A DNA stretch of 63,300 bases, filler included, from Choristocarpus tenellus KU-1152 (taxonomy: Eukaryota; Protista; Phaeophyceae), in assembly GCA_964200185.2 (NCBI GenBank). It is 13 parts of 13 records of this genome, joined end to end, with 100 filler letters (N's around TTAATTAATTAA, not from the genome) between each part and the next. Parts side by side here need not be neighbours in the genome. Positions count along the whole stretch, not along the records: positions 10,466 to 14,189 come from CAXNAD020018287.1; positions 14,290 to 19,605 come from CAXNAD020011181.1; positions 19,706 to 22,590 come from CAXNAD020023930.1; positions 22,691 to 28,671 come from CAXNAD020009249.1; 9 more parts are not named here. One strand, 5' to 3'. Below are positions 12,581-24,829 of the stretch, piece after piece (the first letter of the stretch is position 1; each line of letters starts with the position of its first letter). The translations under genes were made by a program, and so were the position numbers. The notes under the pieces are model-generated. The model had not been told where the DNA came from and made no database searches. It saw only the letters and a list, made by a program, of their open reading frames with translations.

Positions 12581-14009
12581 TTACTAACTACGAGGTTCAA
12601 AAGAGCCCCCGTAGTTGGTGCGTTTTCGTGCCTCAGCTGCGGCAACAGCTACACCATTGTTGGTGGATGAGTGGGGAAGGTGGGAGGTTGCCTGCACTTT
12701 CTGCAAACGTAACATTTAGCACGAGGCCTCTTTGTCCAGGTAGGGGACTGATTCGGCATCGGAAATTGCTGTCCACTGTGGAAGGGCTACCGTCCTCCAT
12801 AGTTCAAGGGATGCTCATTCTCTTCCATAGCTGACAGAGGCATTTCACCATAGGGGTGTGTTGGCGAACCTGGCCTTCTGTCCTGGGGCAGGTACTGCCA
12901 TGTCTGCGATATATATGACAACTGTTCCTTTTCATGAGGATCACCCATTCCTCTATCAATCAATCATGATTCGCATGAAACAAAACGGATTTGTATGTGT
13001 ATGTATCCTGTCGATCAAATTTGATTTGTGGGAGTACAGGTTTGAGGAATATTATTCTCCACACCTGGTCGGAATAAAATAATAAGAAATAGATTATATA
13101 AAGATGAAATGCAGGACATTCAAAGAAAGTGTGGATGATAATTTGTTCATAGTTTTGAGAAATCAACCTCTTCCTGTCAAGAAAATCAAATATGAGATAT
13201 CTTGTACCTTCTCAAACATATAAAAAAGCAATCAACTAATCAAGAACAAGAACCATCAATATTATTTAGAAAATATTAATATCGTCATACACCAAAAAAT
13301 TGAAACAGTTGATGGGGGGTACAACGGATCGGACGAGTGTTGGAGTTCGTCAGTTTCTCTTTGAGCAACAACTACCTTATAACTCTTTTAGGACTGAATC
13401 TCTAAGTTTGTTCCTCTCTGACCAACTTCACTTAGTTCTAAGCGTGAACATATCTGAAGAGTTTAATAATTGAATGTGGTAAAGTCAAGGATTATATCAG
13501 GTGGGTATGGATGGGGACGTCAAGGTATAAATCATCAGGAGGAAGCATATCTTAGCAATACATCCTATACTACCCAACGAGCACAAAATCGACACGTTAC
13601 CCTCATCGACACTTCGAACAAGATAGTGTAGGCTTTAAAAGATAATGGATAAAGGCGAGTTATTGGCGCAACAAGAATAAGTAGGCGTGTGTTAATTCAG
13701 CGCATGATTATCAAGGCCTACCGATCGATATGGACAAATTTACTTGGCTGAAGGGTACATAATTCGCCAGTTCAAGGGTGTCGATTGCATCATAGAAACA
13801 TATTTTTTCTATTCGACCTTCAAAAGCACACCCTTACAGTGATTTCAACTACATTACTCAGCAACATGCTATCATCAATCCTCCTCTAAAATAGACACAC
13901 CACCGCAAGGACACAAGGCGAGAGTTCATTGGCGATGAAATTCTCTTGGGAATTTGCACGCCTGGTGGTCGCAACGCTCGTGCTGGGTACTACACCCAGC
14001 AAAGCAGAT

Positions 14010-14189
14010 GGCTCAGAGTATCTGGGAGGGGTGGCGGCTGCCTACTTGAGACCAATTTTTTAATTTCCCAATTTTCGGTGATTTGGTTCCATACGTCGGA
14101 TGGATAATGAAAGTGCACTTTTCCTGTTTTTGTCCAAATGGACACTCTGGTGTAACCCCCCCCCCCCCCCCCCCCCCCCCTTCTTGTGC
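14010..14189 (+). mobile_element. MITE family C copy
   Basis: Starts GGCTCAGAGTATCTGGGAGGGG and the body matches 7776-7953. Confidence 0.75.
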
Positions 14190-14289
14190 NNNNNNNNNNN
14201 NNNNNNNNNNNNNNNNNNNNNNNNNNNNNNNNNTTAATTAATTAANNNNNNNNNNNNNNNNNNNNNNNNNNNNNNNNNNNNNNNNNNNN

Positions 14290-14365
14290 TACAATACTCC
14301 ATGGGAAGCCAAACCCCAAATGGACAAACAGGGCAAAACTCGTACCCTCTAAGATACTTTCACTC
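14290..14365 (+). mobile_element. MITE-A 3' end (contig-truncated)
   Basis: Ends TACCCTCTAAGATACTTTCACTC. Confidence 0.85.
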
Positions 14366-17137
14366 TTATTTAACATGTCCTGGTCTATGTCCTCCGGTCA
14401 GACTGGGTCAAACATTCTCTATCATGTCCAAACCATGTCCACTGTATATTGTACCGGTCCAAGCCCGCCTCCCGGACTGGGTCTAATCATTCTCTAACAT
14501 GTTCCGACCATGTCCACTGGGTAGTTGTACCAGTCCATGTCCGCAGGCTAACCACTTCAACTTTTTTTTCTGGCATGTCCGGACTATTTCCACTACCTGT
14601 TGTTCTCATCCACGATGAAAAATGTTTACATGTTGAAGGTTTAGTTATACTCAGTAGTATGTGCTATAGATATTAATCGGTTTGAACTCATGAACATGGA
14701 TATATTTATGTAGAGTGAGAAAGTTAAGAGGCATACATGCATGGAAAATTGTGTTTGATCAAAACGGCAGCGTGTTCTGCTCTACACATCGTTAGGTGGA
14801 CTACTACTGTTCTCCCTTTCTTTACGGATAATGTGGTTGCGATGGTTGCTGTTGTTCTTCTCCTTGTGTTTCGAGGAAATAGATAATCAATATAGTGTAA
14901 GTGTGAATAATTGCCCTCGATATTATTTGTAGACCGAGGAATATTTTATAATGAATGGTTCATTGCTATTTATTTTGGAGGCAAACCCTCTTCTTTCGCT
15001 TCTCCTCCTTTCTGTGGGTTGAAGAAATCATTATATCATGCAATCCCAACAAACTTGGTTGCCCTCAATACATACGTATATAATTAGAATAGATACATTT
15101 TGTGTCACTGTGTTATGTTACTATTTGTAGAACCATTATACTGTATGTTACATCAAATGTTGTACTTTGTGTGTAATCTACGAATAGTCCTATCTGGCTC
15201 GACTACTGACCCTGGATTCCTACCAAGTTTGGTTAGCACATGAATGTATATATCCAAGGAGTATCACTCACATACATTTCATTCCACGTATAATATAACA
15301 ACACCGTATTTAAACAGAGTGCAATAGTGCTAAATGTAACAAGAATACAGAGAGGGTTTGCAATGTGCAAGAGAAGCACAATGTGGGACAGTATGAGATT
15401 TTATCGCTCTTTATTCAGTTCGAGCTCAAAATATCAAGTAATAATGTTTATCAATAATAGAGCAAGAGTTCTGTACTATTATATTATTATACCCACTTTG
15501 ACCTTTGACATATGTTGTCAGGGAGAGAACAAGAAAAACAAGTAAGCCAAATATTACAATTTTTAGTAACATATAAAGCAGGATATATGTGGCGAAAATT
15601 CCAATATTTTTGAACCATGTAGTGAGGAATTACTATAATTCTCCTTTGGATGAGTTTTTGGAAACCTTTTCTTCTTACTTATATCAGTTCTGTAGAGTCG
15701 GAGAAGTTTTGAAAAAGTACTTGAAAGAAAAATCCGCCCTAGGACATTCTTTTCATTCTCAGCTTACCTCCTTCTATAATCGATAGTTGTGATGTCAATT
15801 GATATATAAGAAGATAAGGTTTTGTTTTTCTTTGTCAATTTTTTGTTTGTTGGTTTGAACTACTATATTGTAAGGAGACCTGTCTGTACAAAAAACAATG
15901 TTGTTTCCTCTGTACGCCAATCAACGGAAAGAGCTTATTGCTGCTGTACGTTTGTGTTGTTGAACGTTTTGATGATGCGTGCATATACTTCAAATTTCGA
16001 CCTTTTATCAACAGTCTCCACACCTTCCATTTTGGAATGAGTCAGGAACACTTCTCAAACCCTGATCCTAACCCTAGGCATATGTTCACTGTTGTAGCTT
16101 CTTGCAACAAGATTATTCAGTGCTTCTCCCTACAACAAGGAAGTAGTAATATGGAGTAAAAGGAAATGGGCAAATTCGACTTAAAAAAAAAACGTATAGG
16201 ATATATACTTTAATTGTATCGGAAAATAAATGTTCAAATAGCACAGAACGAAACTCTCTCAATTGAAACTTTGAACTTCATCCATAGGAATATGTGTGTA
16301 TTGGAAAAGATTGAAAAGCTGACTTAAAATGCAAAACAGCCAAAATCTGGGTACCTCTAATTTACTTTGACCCTCTCATCTCAGACAACTGGTTCTCCTT
16401 ATTCCTCCAATCAGATCATACAGAACTCAAATGCAACCGAAGGTAGCGTTTTTGTCCCATGTCAATTCTGAATGACAACTTCATAATATAGTGACATGTG
16501 GACACCCGACTTCTTTTTAGGAAGTATCTTTTCGATGATCCTATTCCACGAGTCAAGCACAACAGATTGTACACCTGTACTATCTTGTATATGACTATAT
16601 CACAACAAGCCCAGACTAAGATCAATGGGGGAACTTTGGGGCGGTCCAGGAGAAGATTTGATGAAGGAAATTGAGGGACGAGTGGTGGGAGTGTTGAACC
16701 TAACTCATGAGAAGCAAAGCAGGAACAGAGGGAGTACAATATGTTGTGGTGGAAGAGTAGTAGGGAGTTCGTATGAGACGCATTAATAGTTACAGGTGAA
16801 CATACAATAACACAAGAATATTAAATACAAAAATAGTTGTTATGGGAGTGATTTCGTGCGATCTCGCACGCGCGCAAATTTTGAAATTGACCAGTTGGTT
16901 TACACAACTTGTATTTCAACAAAGCCTTCTTGCTTGTACTGCCACCACTAGACATCTGTTGCCCTGGTCACAGCTCCAGTTGGGTTGACTCGGACCAATC
17001 CTCCGGGATGCTCTGGTGAAGACAGAGTTAGGGCAAAATATCCTAGCCAAAATTTATGTCACCAATCTCTGCAAACATTTTTTTGGTAGAGCAGTTGATC
17101 TCGATAGTACTAAGGTTTTGACGCTGTGGGGCACGAC

Positions 17138-19584
17138 ATGGATGACTTCGAGCGGACAAACAAGTTGACAATCCATGGGTGCGTATCGATGCTTGGATTT
17201 TATGTTTCGTTGCAGCGTGAGTGGAGCTTCTGCTGTGAAATGGCAGTACAAATTATTCACCCTTGAGTCCCATCTACCACCCTCGCAGATGGACTCTGAG
17301 GTCGTTGTTTTGCACCTCTATCCTCTCTTGCAAGCATGGAGTCAAGTGTAAGTGTGAAATATCTTCATCTTTCGCTTATGAAACTTCCGAAAACATACTG
17401 TTGAGCTGTTGTCATCTAGCCTTCATGGCTCAACCGTCACCTAGGGTTTTTGCTGTGTTCGTCTTCCGTATCTCTCGATCACCTTCAACATCCCCCCTGC
17501 ATTCGGTGACGTGACTCTGGCCAGATTCTCATCTTCTCCTAATTGAAATGCATAGCTTATCCCTTTGCGAGTGCAATAATAGCTGTTGCAGGCTGAAGTA
17601 TACCCCTAATTTATTCCCAGCAATATATATCATGATGATTGCACAACACCTCCTCGATTGCAATACTGTTACACCGCAGAACGTCCAACTAGCTTACTAA
17701 GGTCTCCGCATGTCCACTTCAACGTTTCTCCCGTGATTTCAGCTCCACCTACTTCATCACCACATCTGTATCTGGAAGAGAGCTTCTCCGAGTGGAAGCT
17801 GAAGCCGACGACGGCACCTCCCGATGGGCAGGAGAATTTCCGTCCAAATGTACGGCATAGTCTAGACGAAGCGGAAGCTAACGGATGATTAGTTTAGCCT
17901 TAAGTCATGCCCCTCCCTTGAAACAACAATTGTTTTATGTAAAGTTCCTCAGCCTGCCCTATACCCTCCCATTTTGCCTCATCATTTTCTGGGCTCGTTC
18001 AGTCATTTAGTAGACGTTTGTCCTACCACACCTGTCACTGATGCCCCCTGGTAGCCCCTGCACCCTCCCAGGGAGTACATACGTACATCCTGTGGAGTGT
18101 AGATTATGGAGGGAGAGGGGATTCCAATTTGGAGGTCATGGATTGGCTAAAATACTAATTCGTATTGTTATTGAGGTCTGAAGGGTACAGCAGTACACAA
18201 TGTATGATTGTGTCCACCTCCGAAACCTTGGATCATCAATGCATTGTCTTGAGCTATTCAACAAAAAGTTTTGTATCTTCCCTTGAAATCAGCTGTGCTA
18301 TTTTTGCAACTTCTTTGCTCCTAAATTGTGTTCATCTTACCCGCTGTTCTACCTGATACAAGCAGCAAACAATCAAACCTGAGCCTTTCCTCTGTTGCCA
18401 TCTCCCTGATATGATGCAATAAGATGTGGAGGGCATTACGCATAAGACTGGCAGTGCCAAACGCTTCTCGGTGTTTGTGAAGATGCTCTTGTCAGGGCTG
18501 GCTATGGGCAGTGATAGTGTTTTTGTTGATCTCCTCACATACGCTGACCTGGTGAGAAAAGAGGAGATGGAGGTGTGATAGTGGTGTATTGGTGTTCTGA
18601 AGTTATTTAAAAAAAAATCCAGTCAAGCCTAGGACTGTCTTTGGTCCAACATATTAGAGTTGATTGTACTACTTGTGAGACATCATTGGAGGGAAGAAAG
18701 TCTATATGGTACCTATGTGCACATGTTTGTGAAATCTGTGTGTGCGTGTGTATGTGAAATGGTTACATCATACTATGAAGTACTCAGAATGAGTACCCAG
18801 GATGCAACAGAGGAAGTGAGGTTAGGTTCGATGTAAGGATCAATCTCCCCCCTCCCAACATGAGTGTCCTTCCCATATCTCTTAAACGTGCTCACATTTT
18901 CCTATCGATGATGGTAGGAGCTCGATCAATCTCCCCCCCTCCCCAGGTAAGTGTCTTTCCCATATCCCTTAGACATCCCCACATTTTCCTATCAATGATG
19001 GTAGGAGCTCCTCAAAGCTAGAAGGGCTGGGCCAGGTGGTGCCAGGGGTGACAGCAGCATGTCTGGTGGGACTGGCAATGGTGTTCGGACTGGGAGCAAT
19101 GCTGTCAGTACCAATACCCATAACAACAAGCGATACCTCATCCTCACTTATGCTGCAGAGTATGATCGAGTGCATTACCCCCTTCCACTTGCCTATGTGG
19201 AGACCCCTGGGAGAGAGCAGCTGGAGAGGACCATTGTCAGACTGCGACAGGTAAGTTATGTACCACTTGAGGTTAGACTCTGGCTGTACTGTATCCCTAA
19301 CCCTTGTTTCCCTGTGTCATCTCTCTAGCCTTTTGTTCATACGTACGGGGTTCCTCCTTTGGTTCATGTACCTTGAACAGTATGGTACTGAAAAGGTTTA
19401 TATGAGTGGTGAGCCCCACACCTTAAAAATAGATATCCTACCCCTGCCTGTACTGCCCTACTTCCTGATCGTTTGTCTCTGAAAGGAACTATCCAGTCGT
19501 GGGCATGGGTTGGAAGGAGTTAGCTTTGGTTCTGGACCTGTGGTTGAGGAGGCGTCTGCTGCATTGATAGCACAGTTGCGCAAG
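17138..19584 (+). CDS. CCDC61: Coiled-coil domain-containing protein 61 (VFL3), 5' part; exons 17138-17178, 17743-17849, 18424-18551, 19005-19250, 19486-19584
   Basis: Phase-consistent GT-AG splicing gives MDDFERTNKLTIHGSTYF...RWAGEFPSKYVEGITHKTGSAKRFSVFVKML...VFVDLLTYADLELLKARR...KRYLILTYAAEYDRVHYPLPL. These match the CCDC61 motifs THKTG, DLLTY.DL and KRYLIL.Y...DR.HYPLPL. The 3' end is lost at the contig end. Confidence 0.9.
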
Positions 19585-19791
19585 GTAAAAGGGACTGGTT
19601 ACCACNNNNNNNNNNNNNNNNNNNNNNNNNNNNNNNNNNNNNNNNNNNNTTAATTAATTAANNNNNNNNNNNNNNNNNNNNNNNNNNNNNNNNNNNNNNN
19701 NNNNNACCGAAACGTACGTCCCCTCACAAACCCCCCCCCCCCCCAGATACTTTGACCCCCAATGGACTGCCCTACATGTGGAACGTTGACA

Positions 19792-20048
19792 GAGTGAAAG
19801 TATCTTAAAGGTACGAGTTTTGCCCTGTTTGTCCATTTGAGGCTTGGTTTCGCACGGGTTTTTAATGACATTTTCCTACTCCAAAATGGTCCAGAGGAGG
19901 TAAAATGTATACATTATGAAAGGGTGTGTCTGGAACAAGGATATTGACACTTTCTAACAAACACCAATGCCAAAATTACACTATAATCGCAACATTGGAT
20001 TTTGGCCCCCAAATGGACGCGGCTCTACCCTCTGAGATAGTTTGACTC
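19792..20048 (-). mobile_element. MITE family A, full length, TSD GACA
   Basis: Both TIRs present. GACA at 19788-19791 and 20049-20052. Confidence 0.9.
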
Positions 20049-21124
20049 GACACACACAAATCTAAGCATGAATATTATGAATAGAGCTATATTCTCAGGG
20101 ATATTGCTCTCTTACCTTGCTAGTGGTCACTTCTTTCCTGGAGGTTAGGGTTAGTATTGATGCCTCATACTACCTTATAGCCAGGATGTTCAGCAACACA
20201 CTGCATTACACTTCGAAGTACGAGTTTTGGATAAGAAGGCACTTGCTTTTTTCAAACTCATGCTGTTGGACCAGGACCCCCTTGCCAAGGGTCTGATGGG
20301 GAAAGGCAGTCATTTTTGTAAATGGTATTAATGTTCCAGAATTCTTCCTGACACACACGAATGCATGGTGAGACTTATTCATCTGATTCAACACATGTTA
20401 CCTTCCAGCAAGGGGGGTTCTCCCTTACTAAGACAGTATGGAGCAGTACTATAATACTACATAGTATGATTGTTGCCGCAAATTGCTGAGGATCTTACAA
20501 GAGGTAAGCACTCCCCACACACCACTGATTGTGTAAGATCCACTTGTACATTGGGCTGCTGTCTTGCCATACCCAAGCAGGTCTCTCCGCTGATATGAAC
20601 CTGATAGCTAATGTACAAGAAGAATTATTGTGAGGTGTGAGATAGGAAAGAGAGTGGAGAAGGGAAACGATCTCAGTGGGGTAGTTGTCGAGTGGAAAAG
20701 TACAATATTTCCTTTACGTCCCATTGTATCACTATTTCCTTCAAGTCCCATTGTATCTGTGACTTGTTTGAGCTTTTTTGGAACATACCTATGGTATGAC
20801 AGAGGTAAGCATTTGTCACATTGTTTTTGGAGGCATTTCGGAATAGATAAATGTGGAACATGTGATGAAAACTATGTTCTTCTTGGCAATGTGTGGAGGT
20901 GTTCTCCGTCCATTGCGCGTTGAAATTTGGAACTGAATTGAGGTTGGTGTGACAGATTTATCAATGTTGTTGGTTGTACTGTTAGGGTGATGTACTTGAC
21001 ATGCGTATTGTCCTGACAGAGGCAAGGGTTTGAGATGGGCTGAGGATAGTGATACTGTGACATATATAGAGGATGTGATAGCTGATAGACATATAACTTT
21101 TGTATATGTACTACTATATGTGCA

Positions 21125-22590
21125 CTACCTCCGTGCCATATATCTGTGCCGCGTTGTCCACAACTTTTGATGATGTTGATGAAATTCATTTCTGAAAGAA
21201 GATTTGGAATCCTTGACGAATTTCTGGTTAGGGTAATCTCTTTATACTATTATTGTTCCCCATCCATCAAAATTTGTATTAGCCACAGAAAATGCCTCCA
21301 TGTCTACCTTCGGCGTGTTTTCAAGCTCACCAGACAACTGCCTCATCCTTACCCCTGTGTGCTCCACACTGAAGTCATTCCTCCCTTTATATCGAAGTAT
21401 TGCTTGTACATCACAAAAAAGAGCTGTCAAGCCCTCTCAAGTGTGTGGTTTCATCATACTCCCCATATTGTTTCTTACTGACCTTCACTGCGTCCTCAAC
21501 GGACCCTAACTGTTCCCCCATCACCTGGCATTTCAAAGACTGAAGAAGCACAGGTCCATGATATTGAGGTCGGGGGAGTTAGATGGTTGCGTCACAAGTC
21601 TAATCAACCACCCCTCAGTCGTCCCTGCCCCTGACAAGATTTCTGAGTTGCCCTTGCCCGTGTGGGGGGTGGAACTGTCTTGCTGAACGACAACGTGCTT
21701 CCCCTGCAACCAAGGCATCTTGGTCTTGATTGCAGGCAGTAGCTCCTCTGTGTACAACTTCCTGCATCACAAATGGTCTAAGGTATAGTCCCGTTCATAC
21801 AAATCCCCCTTTATATGGTCGTTGCTTGTACTATCTCCCGTTTTTGGCGCACATACACGCCAAACACCAAGATTTCCATCAAAGCTGTGAGCCGAATCTG
21901 GGCAGGCCTTGGCTGCAATGATCATGATTTCGAGGGTATGACTCTTGTGCTGCACAGTAGGGGACCCTGGAAGGTCGCTATCATCCTCATACGGAAATAC
22001 CCTAATCCTTTCCCCATCAGCCATCACGTAAAATCAGGTTTCATCCACATGGATCGTGTTCGCCATGGAGGCGTACACACCACATTTCCGGTCCACTTGA
22101 TCTGAAACAAAGTCCATTCTCCATACCTTTTGCCACGATTTATGCTGGGGTTTGATCCAGCGGCGATTTGACATGCCTCCTATGTCATCCAAACACCTGT
22201 TTATGGTGCTCATGGTATAATTCAGTCCCTTGGCGACCATCTTCATTGTCACCTGACGCACTGTGGATGACCGATTTATTGGAGTTGATACTATGTATTG
22301 CGGCCATCTTGGTCGGTGTGAGTTTTGAAGGCCGTCCACTACGTGCTGCCACCCCTAGGTCAAGCGTGTGGCTGATCGGCGACGTCCTCCCAGAGCCTAC
22401 ACATGTAGTGCTCGGACACTCCAAACTCCGCTGCGAGGGCCAGCCTAACGTGTCGCAGCAGTTTATGCTCACCAGGGGCCATTACGAGGGTGTGCCACAC
22501 TGCAAGCGCAACCCTGGTATTCAGGGACACTTGGGCACCCTTCCTACGCAGGGGGGTCGACGGGGGGGTTGCCATGCCGACGTTCTGACT
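21125..22590 (-). mobile_element. Tc1/mariner (plant DD39D-like clade, DD40D here) transposon, frameshifted
   Basis: Motifs IHVDET, FDGNLGVW, VVVQQDSSTPH and QPSNSPDLNIMDL are spread over several frames. 3' TIR CTACCTCCGTGCCATA at 21125. Confidence 0.9.
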
Positions 22591-24829
22591 NNNNNNNNNN
22601 NNNNNNNNNNNNNNNNNNNNNNNNNNNNNNNNNNTTAATTAATTAANNNNNNNNNNNNNNNNNNNNNNNNNNNNNNNNNNNNNNNNNNNNGGGTGGATTC
22701 CTCGGAAAGAATGATCTAAGCATATTTGTTGCGCTCTGGTGGGGTGTGGTGTGACAATGAACCGGTTCTCTCATTGAGATTTCATCGTAATTTAGCGGTT
22801 AACTTGGGATGGAACAACTTATGTGTTGTGTGTTTTGACTAAGTGAGGCGGAAACACCATAAGAACAAGGCGCAAGGAATAAGGGGATGGCCCCAACATT
22901 GAACCGAAGTTGTTTGTCCTGTACCCATTGTACTGGAGCAACAAATGAAAGAGATGTGAGTTAAATAAACGGTGTGCTGGTGGAAGAAATGAATGAGATG
23001 TGAGTAAATAAAGCGGGCATTGTGCAAATACAGGTGGAGTATGACAAAGTTGTTAATTAATACGAATTTCATAGCAAATTTTGTTCTGTTCGTGAGGGTA
23101 GGGTTGGTTATTTGGAGGATGGCAGCAGGTGAAGGACAAGTATGGAGGAAGAATGTGCGCGGAGGCGGGGGGTTAAGTGTAAGTGGATGGCAATCCTTGC
23201 CTCTGATCCTAATGAGTGTAGTGCGTGAAAAACATAGATCTATGGTTGCGTATGTTAATACATGTGGCATTAGATAGCGCTAAAAAAACCTGTTAGCCTC
23301 AAAAAAATGGAGGTGTACATATGATGACCCTTGAAGCATTTGTCACAGTGCATAACTTTTGAACATGGTTTGACATGAGATAGGATACATTTTTACCATA
23401 GTGGACATCACATAAACGGCCAGTTGCTCATGTCGTGTGCATAGTGAGAAATGTTTCCATATGTAACAGACTCAATGCAGGGCAAACGTGCGCGGAAGCA
23501 GGAGACTGAAATGAGAAGGAGATGCACTCCTTTGCTCTGATCTTGTTAAACGAAGTGCGTTGAAAAAGCACATGCTGAGTGGGATATGTATTTGAGTGTA
23601 GCATTAGATGATGTAGCATAAAACACTTAGCCTTTGGAAATTCGATGTGTACCTAAGTTCAACTTCGAAACATTTCAGGAAAACCACTTTTCGAAACGGA
23701 TTTGTCTAGGATGGTGAAATATATGACCTTGGTGGACACCACATACATGGTGATCTGCACGTGTAGGTGACACCTGAAAACATTTTGCATTTCATAGACT
23801 CGATACAAGTCACAGGCTTTCGTTGGAAACTGTCTAACTCTAAAGTACATAGTACATAGGCGAGAACAACTCGTGAGGCGTTGAACATGTGAGGAAGCGC
23901 TTGTCGTGATCAACAGAGGCTGAACTGTTGCAGAAGACACATGGAAAACATCGTAAAGAAAGAATCGATTTTGGCTCAATACCTCGAAATGATTGAAGTT
24001 ATATACAATACATTACCGGTCATGGAACATGTGAACGTTGAATAGGTGTCAGGTGTTAAAGTTTGCAGTTAACTTTAACACGCAATGGTGAAACTATAAA
24101 CCATAACACACATCCATGCCCCCCCAGTCCAGCAAAATCATTTGAAACACAAACGAAACACAACTACTCGATTAATCAAGAGGTGCCATTGCATTACCCA
24201 ACTCAACCAAATCTACACTCTTGAAAAGAGTAACATCTGTACTACCTACGCCAAATCATTCGAGGTCTACTCTACATTCACATGCACCTAACACATGAGT
24301 ATGGAAAGAGTATCTTGGGTCTGAAGATTTCATCAAATGTTTGGGAAGGAAGCGTCGAAAACAACACATCGATCTGTCTAACACACAGCAACTGCATTTT
24401 AAACACACTCGAAACGCATGTAATTTATCGACCAAGAGAGGTTGAACTGTTACTCTAGGAAAAGAGAAGCATTATCCTTCCGCGAAGATAACATGGTCTC
24501 TCTCAAGATCTGAAAAACAATTCAAGCCCACATTGGCAGTCACTCCTTAGGAGTGTAGGCCGTATCTTGTGCCTAGGAGTTGCAACAATCTCCAAGGAAG
24601 GTGATTCGCGATAACGCATCACAGTCTCCTAACCCAACAACACCGTTACCAAAAATTGTTCAAGACATGGACTCGGTCCAAACTACTGAGATAAGTATCC
24701 AATCAAGTGTACATGTTTGATACTGATCTACGAAGACCAGTTTTTACGCTCTTACGCTAATGAATCGTTGAAATAATCAACAACGTTTGATACTCTACTA
24801 CTCTAGTCCTTACTTCAGATTTTCTTCTC

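Noticed and set aside
17425-17514. Alternative CCDC61 first exon (MAQPSPRVFAVFVFR)
   Set aside because: Its donor phase is incompatible with exon 2, whereas 17138-17178 fits.
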